A stretch of DNA of 64,000 nucleotides, from positions 201,190,001 through 201,254,000 of the forward strand of contig OX597814.1 of the NCBI GenBank assembly GCA_951406725.2. The letters run 5' to 3'. The notes under the pieces are model-generated. The model was not told the DNA's origin. It saw nothing but the letters and a program-made list of their open reading frames with translations, and searched no databases. The position numbers and the translations under genes are program-made. Shown piece by piece: positions 48,458-61,378 of this stretch. Position 1 is the stretch's first letter. Every line of letters starts with the position of its first letter. Source of the stretch: Octopus vulgaris. Lineage: Eukaryota.

Positions 48458-49244
48458 ATGCAGTATTTACATAGAAATGGTTTACAGTGTATCACAAAGT
48501 CTTTGTGTGAACATGACCTGGGCGTTATTGTCGACAGCGATTTGCGTTGGACAAAACACATCGCTAAAATTGCCAAGAAGGCTGAGGGTGTCTTGGCATC
48601 ACTCACCAAGTCCTTTGTGAGCTGCTCTCCAGCTATCTATCTGCAGCTTTATATAACTATGGTACGACCTCACCAGGAATTTGCATCACCGGTCTGGAAC
48701 CCCTATCTTGCCCAGGATATTAATCGTCTGGAAGCCGTTCAGCGACGTGCAACCAAGAGAATACCCTCCATCAGGCAGTTGCCATATTCTGAACGCCTTA
48801 CTTCCCTGGGCATGGATACATTGAAACTCCGACGTCTGGCAGCTGACTTGGCAGACACCCATAAAATTATTAACCATCTTACAAACAATAACTCTGAGCA
48901 CCTTTTCAAACTCCACCTGTCTAACACCTGTGGACATGTTTACAAAGTCAGAAAACAGCACAGCTCCCATGACTTTCGGAAACATTTTTTCACACTAAGA
49001 GTTGCTGAAGCATGGAACAAACTGCCGGCATCAGTTGTTAGTTGTCGGAACACTGCATCCTTCAAAACTTCCATGCTTCCTGAGATTCCCCAACACTACA
49101 CCTGATTTTCTCCCCTCCATACACACGCAAGCATGTATCTGACTCATACACTGTTCATTTCCCAGATATTTGTACATTACTGCATATACTTTATATGCAC
49201 TTTTTGACAAGTTGTGGTGCACCTGAGCATTGTATATAATAATT

Positions 49245-49275
<31 letters not shown>
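48458..49275 (+). mobile_element. CR1-clade LINE 3' fragment (RT C-terminus plus 3'UTR)
   Basis: EHDLGVIVDSDL..LYITMVRPHQEFASPVWNPY..LEAVQRRATK..RVAEAWNKLP, followed by an (att)n tail. Confidence 0.92.
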
Positions 49276-50562
49276 AAAGTCGAACTTGTTACTATTGTAA
49301 TTAGTCAATATGAAAGTAATTAGCAAAGCAGAGAGGTGGCAGAGTCATTACTGTGCTGGAAAAACAATTGTTTAGTGGCATTTCTTCTGAAGTTATGTTC
49401 TGAGTTCAAAGGTTGCAGGAGTCAACTTTGACTTTCGTCCTTTTGGGATTAATAAAGTAAGTACCAGTTGAGTACCTGGGTTGATGTAATCAGTTGCTCC
49501 TTCTTCCCAAAATTGCTGGCCTTGTGCCAAAATTTGAAAATAGTATGAAAGTAATTATATCTCACATGGCTATGTCTACTTTGGCATTTAAAAGACCAAA
49601 TGTTTTTATTTGATAATCGTGTTTTTAACAGAACAATTTGATGAAACACACTGGTTATATTCTATGATTGAATGATCCATTCATATAACACATCTGTTAG
49701 TTTACTACACAGCAGAGTAAGGGGAATATGCTTTAAAATTTATGAATAGAGTTTGAACTGTTTAATAATAATTAATCCATGATGTTACAGAAAGACATTA
49801 GCCCCAAACTATTATTTATAATATATTCCAAATTTATGGTATTCCTATGCATAAACTAATGCACATAAAACTGATTATAGCTTCAGAGTAAATAAGATAA
49901 GAAAACTATTTCAGATAGGAAAGCATTATTATTATTATTATTATATAAACTTATTTAGGTCTGTTGTTTTTAATATTTTACAGGAATTATTGAGATACCT
50001 TTAATCTTTATATTTAGATGTCACAACAGCATAAAAAAGTCAATTTTTTAACTCATTTACTTTTTGTCTAAATATCAAAAGTTTTTTTCCAACCCATATA
50101 AATAAATTCCAGGTATTTTCTCATCTATCATCGCCTAAACTTTCTTTTTAAACTAGAACAACATTTATGTTCAAAACAAATGCTGCTAGTCATGAATTTA
50201 TTGTAGACAAATTGTGGTTAAATTAGTAAAAATGGATGTGACAAAAAAAACAAAAACAGCTGAAATGATATTTGGCCATTAAAACGATATATAAATTGCT
50301 AATAAAAGGTAAGTGACTTGTAGTTGTAGAAATACTGACACACACAGCATAACCTTTTAATGATTAAATATTTTTTTCATTTTTTCACTGTGGAAATATA
50401 CATTTGTTTTCTTTGTACATGATTTATTAAACTGCAAGTCTCTTCTGTCTGGTTTAGGAATATATTACTCACATTTTGAAATTGTTATATAAGTAGTTTA
50501 AGAACAAGGTGAGGCAAAAAAACTGGAAGCAATTTGTGCTTATGCTACATGTAAATAAAATT

Positions 50563-50886
50563 TTTCCGTGTTAGGTTGTCCACAGGACTGTATCAATAAT
50601 CAGCTTTTGCTTGGTGACCAATAGAATAAATATCAGATTTAAAAATTAGAACTGGGTTCAATTTGTTCCATGAAACAGCGGAACAAGCAAGATAAATGTA
50701 GTTATGGTTGTGTGGTTATTTGCATCCCGACCATATTGGATTTTCTTTTTGGTGAAGTGTGGGGTCAGCCCCACTTCATAACACCTTGGGAGAATGCCTT
50801 CTACTTTAGTTATGGGGCAACTAATACCTTGTGAGAGGATTTGGTAGATAAAAACCGAAATAAGCCTGTTATTCACACTCACACAT

Positions 50887-50923
<37 letters not shown>

Positions 50924-51212
50924 TATCATCAAACATCAATATGCGATGTGTGTATGTGTAATTATATATACAAATATAAATATGTGAATAGCTGCGTGTG
51001 CATGTGTGTGTACAACAGGCATGTAGAGGTGAATGAGGCAATGGCACAAGAGCGTTAATGAGGGTTGTCGGGTATTTGACCCAAGCATTCAAGTATTTCC
51101 ATGTTAGGGTGGCCACAGGACTGTTTCAATAATCAGCTTTTGCTTGGTGACCAATAGAATAAATATCAGATTTAAAAAAATTAGAACTGGGTTCAATTTG
51201 TTCCATGAAACA
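50563..51212 (+). repeat. ~115-bp direct duplication (50563-50677 and 51096-51212) of part of an old SINE
   Basis: cacaggactgt.tcaataatcagcttttgcttggtgaccaatagaataaatatcagattt...ccatgaaaca occurs twice. Confidence 0.85.
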
Positions 51213-51354
51213 TTTTTAGGCAATGCCCCAGCATGGCCACATTCCAATGACTGAAAAAAGTAAAAGATAAAAAGATAAGCTCAAATATCAAGTGACTGAG
51301 CAATGTTTCATAATTAAATTATTACAATTAAGAGCTAATAGTCCTTTCTACTAT

Positions 51355-51775
51355 AGGCGCAGGAGTGGGTGTGTACTCAAATGGTAAGTAGCTTGCTTAC
51401 CAACCACATGGTTCTGGGTTCAGTCCCACTGCATGGCAGCTTGGGCAAGTGTCTTCTACTATAGCCTCGGGTCGACCAAAGCCTTGTGAGTGGATTTGGT
51501 AGATTGAAACTGAAAGAAGCCCATTGTATGTATGTATATATATGTATGTGTGTGTATACGTTTGCGTATCTGTGTTTGACCCCCAACATCGCTTGACAAC
51601 CGATGCTGGTGTGTTTAAGTCTCCGTAACTTATCGGTTCGGCAAAAGAGACCGATAGAATAAGTACTAAGCTTACAAAAGAATAAGTCCTGGGGTCGATT
51701 TGCTCGACCAAAGGCGGTGCTCCAGCATGGCCACAGTCACATGACTGAAACAAATAAAAGAGTAAAAGAGTAAAC
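51355..51775 (+). mobile_element. SINE family A, full-length
   Basis: Head, CORE and 3' end motifs. Confidence 0.85.
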
Positions 51776-52682
51776 TATTTTATGCATTTTACAAGTATAA
51801 CCAATTTTATTATGGATTGGCATCAAAATCTTCTGTGGAGCCTGGTTGAGAGCCAGTGCTTTAGATCATCAGATAAACGATGACTACTCGATAACATTGA
51901 GATCACCAACAACAGCCCACACATTCAGAAGATGTCTTTGTACATCCTTTGCTAATGGATGTGACGTTACTTATTGACTATACAAAGGACTCTGGAGAAT
52001 CTAGAGGATTTTCTTTGAGCAACAATATTGAAGTCTTCTATCTGTAGCAGACATTTTAACACTTTGAAGTTTTGACATTCAGACTGAGATCTTCTGCTAG
52101 GATTTCAAACAATTCTGAAGCATTACAGTTTGTAAGAAAATTTGGAAAGGTTTTAGAAATGGCATCATTATTGTTCTTAGTTGTGATATCATCATCATCA
52201 CCACCGCCACCACCACCACCACCACCACCGTCATCATCATGATGATGAACATCATCAATTAATGGCTGTTTTCCATGCTGGCATGGGTTGGATGGTTTGA
52301 CCAGAGCTGGCAAGCAGGAGAGCTGCTCCAGGTTCAAGTCTTATTTGGATTGGTTTCTACATCTGGATGCCTTTCCTGATGCCAGCCATTATACACCATG
52401 AATCATTATCATCATCATCCTTTAACGTCCATTGTCCATGCTGGAGCACTGCCTTTTGTCAAACGAATCAACCCCAGGACTTATTCTTTGTAAGCCTGGC
52501 GACATAAAGACACCAACATTGGTTGTCAAGCAATGGTGAGGGGACAAACACAGACACATAAACATATATACATAGTAAACCTCACCAAAAAAACGAAGAA
52601 CTAATACAAGAAAAAAAAACAGTAATGCAAGGACATGGTACATGTAAAGTATTAGCAGACGCTCAGGGAAGGAAACAAAGGG

Positions 52683-52720
52683 GTGCTTACGTTTTGAGCA
52701 AAGCTCTTCTTCAGAAACAG
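52683..52720 (-). ncRNA. Decayed minimal hammerhead in a PLE-like tail (~52575-52800) nested in a SINE
   Basis: CTGAAGA-a-gagc(ttt)gctc-[A]AAAC-GTA. G12 is replaced by A in a CpG context, and stem III is the palindrome ACGT. Confidence 0.55.
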
Positions 52721-53573
52721 GAGACAGTAGAAAGTCCAAGAGAAAAGAAAGACGGAGGAAAAAAATCGCCATCAATTCACATGTGGTTACATTTTGAAAT
52801 ATATACATATATACGATGGGCTTCTTTCAGTTTTCATCCACCAAATTCACTCACAAGGCTTTGGTTGGCCTGAAGCTGTAGTAGAAGACACATGCTCAAG
52901 GTGCCATGCAGTGGGATTGAACCCAGAACCATGTGGTTGGTAAGCAAGCTTCTTAACACACAACCACGCCTGTGGCCATACTGGTGCACTGCTTTTAATG
53001 ATTTGGTTTAGTTGGACGAATTGACTCCAGTAATTATTTTTTAAATCTGATGCTTATTCTGTCAGCCACTTTTGCCAAACCGCTAAGTGATGAAGATGTA
53101 AACAAACCAATACCGGTTGCCAAGCAACATTAAAAAGACAAACACCAACACAAAGACACACATTCATACGATGGGCTTCCACACAGTTTCTGCTTACCAA
53201 ATTCACTGACAAAACAGAATTTCCACTTCTTTCTTTTTTATTTTCCCAAAATTTTCGTTGCATCTAGTAACCTTTAAAACTATGGAAAAGGTTGCAAGAT
53301 GCAATGAAAATTTTAGAAAAATATAAAAGAAAAAAGTGGAAATTTTATCGGTGAGTGTGTTTCATTATAAGGCACCAAAAGAGAATGACTCTCCCCAGAC
53401 ACAAAAGAATATAACAATTCAGATTTGTTTGAAAATATGGTTGAAGGCAATTAGAAAATCTGACTCAACATATTCTGTCTGACCCATGCAACATTGAAAA
53501 AGTGGACCGTGAAACCATTAAGATGATGATGCCGATGATGACAATGATGGTGATGACACCACCGTTAATGATA

Positions 53574-53611
<38 letters not shown>

Positions 53612-54517
53612 AATGATGATGATGATGATGATGTGATGATAATCTATTTTATATTTTCTGAAGCAGTGATGATAATTTTCTAAATGTGTATTTCTCATCC
53701 AGTAATACAGCTTCTCCACGCTTGTACCTGGTTTATCTGATTAGATAACTGTACCGATCCCAATTAATTTCAGGTTGAAGTATCTTAACAGACGTTTGAG
53801 ACTGTCAGATACGTGAAAACATAGATGACCTGTAGAGAAAGCTATTACTAACATTGAACATAAATGTCACATGCATTCATTCTCAGGTCACGATTCATAA
53901 AACACAAACAATTTCTAAGTGAAATTGCAAATGCAATATTCTGCTGAAATCTCGCAGCAGTGTGTTGTATGCTACAAGTAGGGATTACCTAAAAATGCTT
54001 ATCTATTCACATTGTTTGAATCAATGATGCATTATCTCGTAGCTTCAAGATTTTAATGATGGGATTGTTTATTTTTACAATGATATTGTAGGGTAAGTGT
54101 GAGAAGCCAAATCTGGTCAGTTTGATCGTAAAACAGGTAGAATATTTTGGTCAGGTATGACCAGTTTAAAGGGTTATACAAATGAAGACCAAATATATCG
54201 TGTGCGTGTTTAATGGTCAAAAATATGACCATCCCTGAATACAAGAATCAAAAACCATCTCTAATTGACACAGAAAATGTTTAAATTGAATGGAATAAAC
54301 TAAAGCTTTCATGTTTAATTTGTTCAGTAATTCAATTTGCGTACCAAGGTTGAAAACAGAGGCACATAAACTATCAGTTCAATACTGAAATTGATTGATT
54401 GATCGAATAAATCAATCATTTGTATCAATATATACAATTTATAAAACAAGAACAAGGCTTTGATGAAATCTAAAAGAAAATGTCTTTTAGTATACAATAG
54501 TTAAGATATATAAATTA

Positions 54518-55056
54518 TAGGCATAGGAGTGGCTGTGTGGTAAGTAGCTTGCTTACCAACCACATGGTTTCACGTTCGGTCCCACTGTATGGCACCTTGG
54601 GCAAGTGCCTTCTACTATAGCCTTGTGAGTGGATTTTGTAGACAGAAGCTGAAAGAAGCCCGTTGTATATATGTGTGTGTGTGTGTTTGTGTGTCTGTGT
54701 TTGTCCTCCCCAACATCACTTGAGAACCGATGCTGGTGTGTTTATGTCCCCATAACTTAGTGGTTTGGTAAAAGAAACCAATAGAATAAGTACTAGGCTT
54801 GATTTGCTCAACTAAAGGCAGTGCTCCAGCATGGCCACAGTCAAATGACTGAAACAAGTAAAAGAGTAAAAGAGTAAAAGAATATAATTATTATAGGTGC
54901 AGGCACGGCTGTGTGGTAAGTAGCTTGACTACCAACCGCATGGTTCTGGGTTCAGTCCCATTGCATGACACCTTGGGTAAGTGTCTTCTACTATAACCTT
55001 AGGCTGACCAAAACCTTGTGAGTGGATTTGGTAGAGGGAAACTAAAAGAAGCCCAT

Positions 55057-55119
<63 letters not shown>

Positions 55120-55450
55120 AATATTAATTAGAGACAAAACCACTATTTTTCAAATCAAACAAAGAATGACTTAATCCAATACATAGAAAAATTTAATATA
55201 AATTAAATAAAATTAAATTCGCCACTACAATTGTTTCGTGTCTCTTCTAAGGACATTCATCATATATATATATGTGTGTGTGTGTCTGTGTTTGTGCCCC
55301 TCCATCACTTGACAACTGATGCTGTTGTGCTTACATTCCTGTAATCTAGCAGTTCGGCAAAAGAGACCGATAAAATAAGCACTAGGCTTACAAAGAATAA
55401 GTTCTGGGGCCACAGTCAAATGACTGAAACAAATAAAAAAATAAAAGAAT
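54518..55450 (+). mobile_element. Two tandem SINE family A copies; the second contains a PLE tail (55120-55262 minus)
   Basis: Family A motifs at 54518-54885 and 54893-55450. Confidence 0.8.
55221..55262 (-). ncRNA. 5'-truncated hammerhead in a PLE tail
   Basis: [c]TGATGA-atgtc..gacac-GAAAC-aatt-GTA-gtggc, with the palindrome ACAATTGT. The tail end tagtggttttgtctctaatt is shared with 14610-14690 and 44085-44165. Confidence 0.6.
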
Positions 55451-55705
55451 AGGTATTGATTTCAAATTTTGGCACAAAGCCAGCAGTTGTGGAAGAGGGG
55501 TTAAGCCAATTACATTGACCCAGTGTGTAACTGGTACTTATTTTATTGACTCCTAAAAGATGAAAGTCAATCCCAGTGCCATTTGAGCTCAGAAAATATT
55601 TTCGGAAGAAATGCCGCTGAGCATTTTTCCCAGGATGCCGACAACTCTGTCAGCTTATTGCTTTAATTATTATAGATATTGTTATATTATTATTATTATT
55701 ATTAT

Positions 55706-55964
55706 TGAGTGAGAGAGCAGTGCATGCCATCAAAGTGACACTGGGGTAAAATATACGAAGCCCAATATACCCATCATGACTACCCGTCTGATAAAGGTAC
55801 ACCAGGCACATGCATCACAACCATATGTGCGCGACATGGTGATCCCATATCAAGATAAACAGCACATGACCTTGCAGTTGGGGCCCAGTTAGAATTTTCT
55901 TCAGGTTGAGTAGCCCATCCCGCTCAAAAGGTCCCTGAATAAGGGTTGTTTAAGGATGTTGAAA

Positions 55965-56009
<45 letters not shown>

Positions 56010-56315
56010 ATATTTATATTCGTGTGGGTGCTTGCATGGCTGTGTGATTAAAAGTTTTACTTTTCTATTTTACAACCATGTGGTCTCATGTTCACTCCCA
56101 TTCTGCAGTAATTTGGGGAACGATCTTTAGCGCTGGATTAATCAAAGGTTTGTGAGTGGATTTGGTAGAAAGAAACCGAAAGAAGCCTCTCATCATTGTC
56201 ATCATCATAATCATCGTAATCATCATCATCCTCCTCATAATCCTCCTCCTCCTACTCATTATCATCATCATCATGCAAGATCAAGAAATAAACATAATAA
56301 TAATAATGATGATGT

Positions 56316-56364
<49 letters not shown>

Positions 56365-56936
56365 AATAATAATAATAATAATAACAACATGCCCTGATGC
56401 AGTACCAGATAGTGGCTCTCTGATCTTAACTGATTGGAAGTGTTATCATGTACATTGTTTTGTCTTCATATAAAAGATGGTCTACAGCAAATATTCTGCT
56501 AAATACCACAGATTTGTTTGTCAGTTGTTTGACCATAACCAGTTGAGCATGTCCCTTAGTGGATGATGATATGTGCATCTCTGATCATGAGCAGGAGTAG
56601 TGGGGGAGCAACATAACCATGTGTTGAAAGGAATTCTTGGAGGTTTGGATAATTCACCTTTGGAAACATGGGTGGTTCATTCATCATCCTTAAACAACCC
56701 TTATTCAGGGACCTTTTGAGCGGATGGGTTACTTGACCAGAAGAATATTCTAACTGGGCCCCACCTGCAAGGTCATGCGCTTTTTATCTTGATATAAAAT
56801 CACCATGTCGTGCACATATGGTTGTGATGCATGTGCCTAGTGTACCCTTATAAGATTGGTAGTCATGATGGGTATACTGGGCTTCGTATATTTTACCCCA
56901 GTGTCACTTTGATGGCATGCACTGTTCTCTTACTCA
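55706..56936. repeat. Inverted pair of an interspersed repeat inserted in (TAA)n (55706-55963 and 56389-56936)
   Basis: 55706-55963 is the reverse complement of ~56677-56936, and both copies are bounded by (TAA)n. Confidence 0.85.
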
Positions 56937-56952
56937 ATAATAATAACAACAA

Positions 56953-58018
56953 CATACTGTTTCACCCCTCTCACCAATGTAGAATGCGTGGTGAGAGGGG
57001 TGAAATGGTATGGCACATCGTTAGTGAATGCCCCAAATTGGCACATCGCAAATACAAAAGACACCATATTAATGTGGCAAGAATGATCCATTGGGAGCTC
57101 TGTAGAAATTATGGCCTACAAAGAGCAAAGTCATGGTATTAGCAAACCCCAGAAGGAGTCACTGGAAATGAGAATTACAAAATCTTATGGGATGCAATCA
57201 TCCAGTACGACCACCTGACCAGACATTGGAAACTGGACATTATTGTGGTGAATAAAAAGGAAAGAACACGTGTGATAATCGACATAGCATGTCCCAGTGA
57301 TAACAGGATCAATGTGACAGAAGAAGATGACGATTTGAAGTAGGAAATATGGATGCTGTGGTCAATGAAGAGAGTAGTCATGATACCAACAGTAACTGGC
57401 GCACTAGGAAATATCAGCACTCAACTACCGACATGACTGAAAGAGAATGGTGCAAGTGTGAAGATAGAAGACCTACAAATATCATCATTGCTTGGAACTG
57501 CAATAATTTTTTGCAAGAGTGGCTGTGTGGTAAGTAGCTTGCTTACCAACCACATGGTTCCGGGTTCAGTCCACTGTGTGGCAACTTGGGCAAGTGTCTT
57601 CTACTATAGTCTCGGGCCGACCAAAGCCTTGTGAGTGGATTTGGTAGATGGAAACTGAAAGAAGCCCATCATATATATGTATATGCATATATGTGTGTGT
57701 TTGTGTGTCTGTGTTTGTCCCCCTCAACATCACTTGACAACCGATGCTGGTGTGTTTACGTGCCTGTAACTTATCAGTTCAGCATAAGTGACTGATAGAA
57801 TAAGTACTAGGCTTACAAAGAATAAGTCCTAGGGGCGATTTCCTCGACTAAAAGGCAGTGCTCCAGCATGGCCACAGTCAAATGACTGAAACAAGTAAAA
57901 GAGGGTTCTTGAACATGACCAGTAAACAAGCGTCACTTTAGTCTGTTGACTGAGGACAGCTGACATTTTCCATACCCTGTAAAATAAGCTGGGAGTTTAT
58001 ATTTAATAATAATAATGA
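56953..58018 (+). mobile_element. R4/Dong-type non-LTR retrotransposon 3' fragment (restriction-like endonuclease), interrupted by a family A SINE (57513-57903)
   Basis: CRMRGERGEMVWHIVSECPKLAHRKYKRHH.NVARMIHW (CCHC knuckle plus RH), KILWD, KLDIIVV..IIDIACP (PD..D), GALG and LLGTA. The 3'UTR ends in (aat)n. Confidence 0.85.
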
Positions 58019-59394
58019 TAGTTATTGCATTATTATTTCACACATGGACAAAAAGAGAAACCTTCAGTACAAGAACTTTGTTGCATTAATGAGCTTCTTA
58101 AATAGCATCATTGTGAACGATAGCAAACAAAACTACTTAGGGACATCTTCTTTGATGAAATGGTTAATTGAAAGAAGGAAATTAAAAGATGCATTTCTTT
58201 ACAATTTCCTCGTGAAATACCAAGAGAAATCATTTATTTATTTATTTATTTATCTATTTATCTTTTCTTTTTTATTTTTTACAAAATCAGTTTTATTGAA
58301 ATTGGTAAGAAAAATATTCTGAAAAGATGAAAAGCTTTCAAAGAGAATTGAGTCTTCACATTCTTTGATATTTGTTTGGTTGTTTAAGTAAAATTAAATC
58401 CTATTAACAAATACTTTAAAATCACTAAAGAAGAAATTGCTTACTTCCTTAGCACTAATAATTCTAAGGCATCAACATTTATGAAACATATTCAAACTAA
58501 TATTAAAATGTCGATTTATAAATAGTCAAAACAAATATTCCCCCAAAAATTTCTAAAAATTCTAATAGCAAAGAAACACACTGCTTTGATCTCAAAGCAC
58601 CTTTTTCTTGACAAAATTTTCAAAATCTCTGACACTTAATGCTAACATTGAAGTAAAAGGTTGGCTGTCTCTCAATAAAAGAAAATTATTCAAAGGCTTT
58701 GGTATTTTTTGGCATTGATATAAAAAATATATCTTCTGAGGTTTTAATTTTTATAAGTTCATTTGAAATATTGTACCATCTCTCTTACAGCCAGCTTCCT
58801 TATCATTCCATCCTCATCATAATCATCGAAATAAAAATTTATATTTATGCTGTTTGGTTTACAAATTTGATTCTCTGAATTGAACTCAAAACCAAGAGGC
58901 TGCGAAGCAAATTTGTTAACCAAACAGCATAAATCAATTATTTCTTTTTTCCTGTGGCTTCAGTTTGCCTGCAATCAAAGCACATATTTCACACCAGGTC
59001 AGAAGATTAATAACCAACAAATATTTATCTACATCCAATGCAGCTGTTTTTGTTGATGTCACTAATATTGGGAGAAAGTCATAAACTTCCTTATTAACAG
59101 TCATCTCCTCGTTACACATAAATATGAGGCCTTGTAATGTAGTGTAAGAAATCAATATATATCCAGCAAGGATTTTAACTGCCTGAGTAATAAATTTAAT
59201 GTAAGCACCACTACTCAATGGTTCCATACAATAATTTTATTTGCTAAATAGGATTCTATATATTAATCCAATTTATCTGAAAATCTAATCATTATCTTAC
59301 CTGAAAATATTTACTCATATATGGACTTTCAATATTTACATTTTATGACAAAAGTCAATGGAAATAATTATGAAACCATCAATAATAATAATAA

Positions 59395-59890
59395 TTCTTT
59401 CTGCTTAGGCACATGGTCCCAAATCTTGGGGAGAAACTAGTCAATTATTGATCCCAGCACTTAACTGGTACTTATCTTATTGACCCTGAAAGGATGAAAG
59501 TCAAAGTCGACCCCTGTGGAATTTGAACTCAGAATGTACAGACAGATGAAATGACACTAGGCACTAGGTGTGGTAATGGTTCTGCAAGCCCAACAACAAC
59601 AATTTCAAATTTTGGTACAAGGTTAGCAAGCTAGCTGGGAAGGGAGCTCGATTACATCAACGCCATTGCTCAACTGGTACTTATTCTATCGACCCCAAAA
59701 TAATGAAAGGCAAAGTTGAGTTTGATGGGATTTGAACTCAAAATGTGAAGACAGACAAAGTGCCTCTAAGCATTTTGCCCAGTGGGCTAATGATTCTGCT
59801 TGCTCAATACCTTCACAACAACAGGAATGATTTCAAAATTTGGAAGAAGGCCAGTGATTTTCGGTAGAGAAAATTACTCAACTATCTCAA
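59395..59890 (-). mobile_element. Cluster of SINE family B copies
   Basis: Repeated ggtactta..gaccc.gaaaggatgaaag.caaagtcgac..tttgaactca blocks. Confidence 0.7.
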
Positions 59891-59969
59891 CTCAAGTGCT
59901 GAAACATTTTAACCTACACCAGTTCTGCATAACCAGCCCATTTAAAAAGTACCCTTGAATTGTCGGGCG

Positions 59970-60480
59970 ACATGCCATACTTGAGGAGACCTACTGAGTC
60001 AAGTAAAATCAAAATCAAAATCAAAAATCAAATCACAATAAAATGGAAATTGTAGTTGTGGCCAATGCCGGTGCCACCTGACAATCTCTCGTGCTGGTGG
60101 CATGCAATAAGCATCATTCATGCGTGGGTCATTGCCAGTGCTGCCTGACTTGCTCCCCATGCTGGTGGCATGTAAAAAGTACCATCTAAATATGGTCAAT
60201 GCCAGCTTCACCGCCCTGACTGGCTCCTGTGCCAGTAGCATGTAAAAAGCACCATCCGAGCGTGGCCGATGCCAGTGCCACCTAACTGGGTCCTGTGTCA
60301 GTGGCACATAAAAAGCATCCACTACACTTGTGGAGTGGTTGGCATTAGGAAGGGCATCCAGCTGTAGAAACATTGCCAGATCAGATTGGACCTGGTGTGG
60401 CCTCCTGACTTGCCATCCCTCAGTTAAACTGTCCAACCCATGCCAGCATGGAAAAGGGACGTTAAACAATGATGATGATC
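59970..60480 (+). mobile_element. RTE ORF-end junction plus modular 3'UTR
   Basis: cttgaggagacctactgagtcaagtaaaatc, then about 5 modules, then gacgttaaacaat(gat)n. Confidence 0.7.
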
Positions 60481-60840
60481 ACACAAATGTTTTTTCCACA
60501 ACCACTAAGTTAAGAGAAAATTTCCCACTCTTTCTTGTGAAAGGAAGGCAGGAGATCAGTCTTCTCAGACTTAGCTAATGGCCTTTTCTGTCTCACATAT
60601 GACAAAAGTGGTTGAACAAACTTCAACAGATCAGAACTGCCCCATCACAGTTCAGAGATTATAATCTCAAAAGAGAATGTTCTCCAGAAGAGATTTCTCA
60701 TTTTGTTTTTGTGAATTCTCAAGATTACTCCTGGGTCAATGCCACTTTTACCTTCCATTAATTTCTTGAAAATGACCCTTCACCAGCCATATTCTTAGAA
60801 TGCAAAACCTTGGCAAGTTCCTGTTAACAGATGTGGTGTA

Positions 60841-61054
60841 GGCGGTGAGCTGGCAGAAACGTTAGCAGTATTTCGTCTGTCTTTACATCCTGAGTTCAAA
60901 TTCCGCCAAGGTCATCTTAGCCTTTCATCCTTTCGGGGTCGATAAATTAAGTACCAGTTACGCACTAGAGTCGATGTAATCGACTTAATCCCTTTGTCTG
61001 TCCTTGTTTGTGTCCCCTCTGTGTTTAGCCTCTTGTGGGCAATAAAGAAATAAA
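60841..61054 (+). mobile_element. SINE family B with a 12-bp TSD, inserted in an RTE C-terminal remnant (~60790-61180)
   Basis: TSD agatgtggtgta / agatgtagtgta. The flank reads RTRFSGDIKEASGGSFAELYKPTQDRHGWRAAV (RTE-type ..W.D.IKE...QDR..WR). Confidence 0.8.
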
Positions 61055-61191
61055 AGATGTAGTGTATAGCATAAGAACAAGATTTAGTGGTGACATTAAA
61101 GAAGCAAGTGGTGGAAGTTTTGCAGAACTCTACAAACCAACACAGGACAGACATGGGTGGAGGGCTGCAGTGAGTCAATTATTTGAGTCTT

Positions 61192-61378
61192 TGTTATGTC
61201 ACACATTCGGATGCCTCTACTACTCAACTCTACTCTGTTCTAGTCTGCTACTCTTCTACTCACTTCTAGTCTACGACTGCTACTCTACCCTGTTCTGTGC
61301 TCTTGACGTCTAGACTTCTCCCTCTACATCTACGTACTGGGTTAGCCTACTTCATCGTCTGGGGGCGTCCACACAACA
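61192..61378. mobile_element. Small solo LTR (187 bp) with a 5-bp TSD
   Basis: TGTTATGT...ACACAACA termini, with a perfect GTCTT at 61187-61191 and 61379-61383. Confidence 0.8.

Noticed and set aside
59296-59310. ttttcag|gtaag on the minus strand (recursive-splice-like site)
   Set aside because: Weak polypyrimidine tract, no adjacent open exon and no host gene established; expected by chance in AT-rich DNA.
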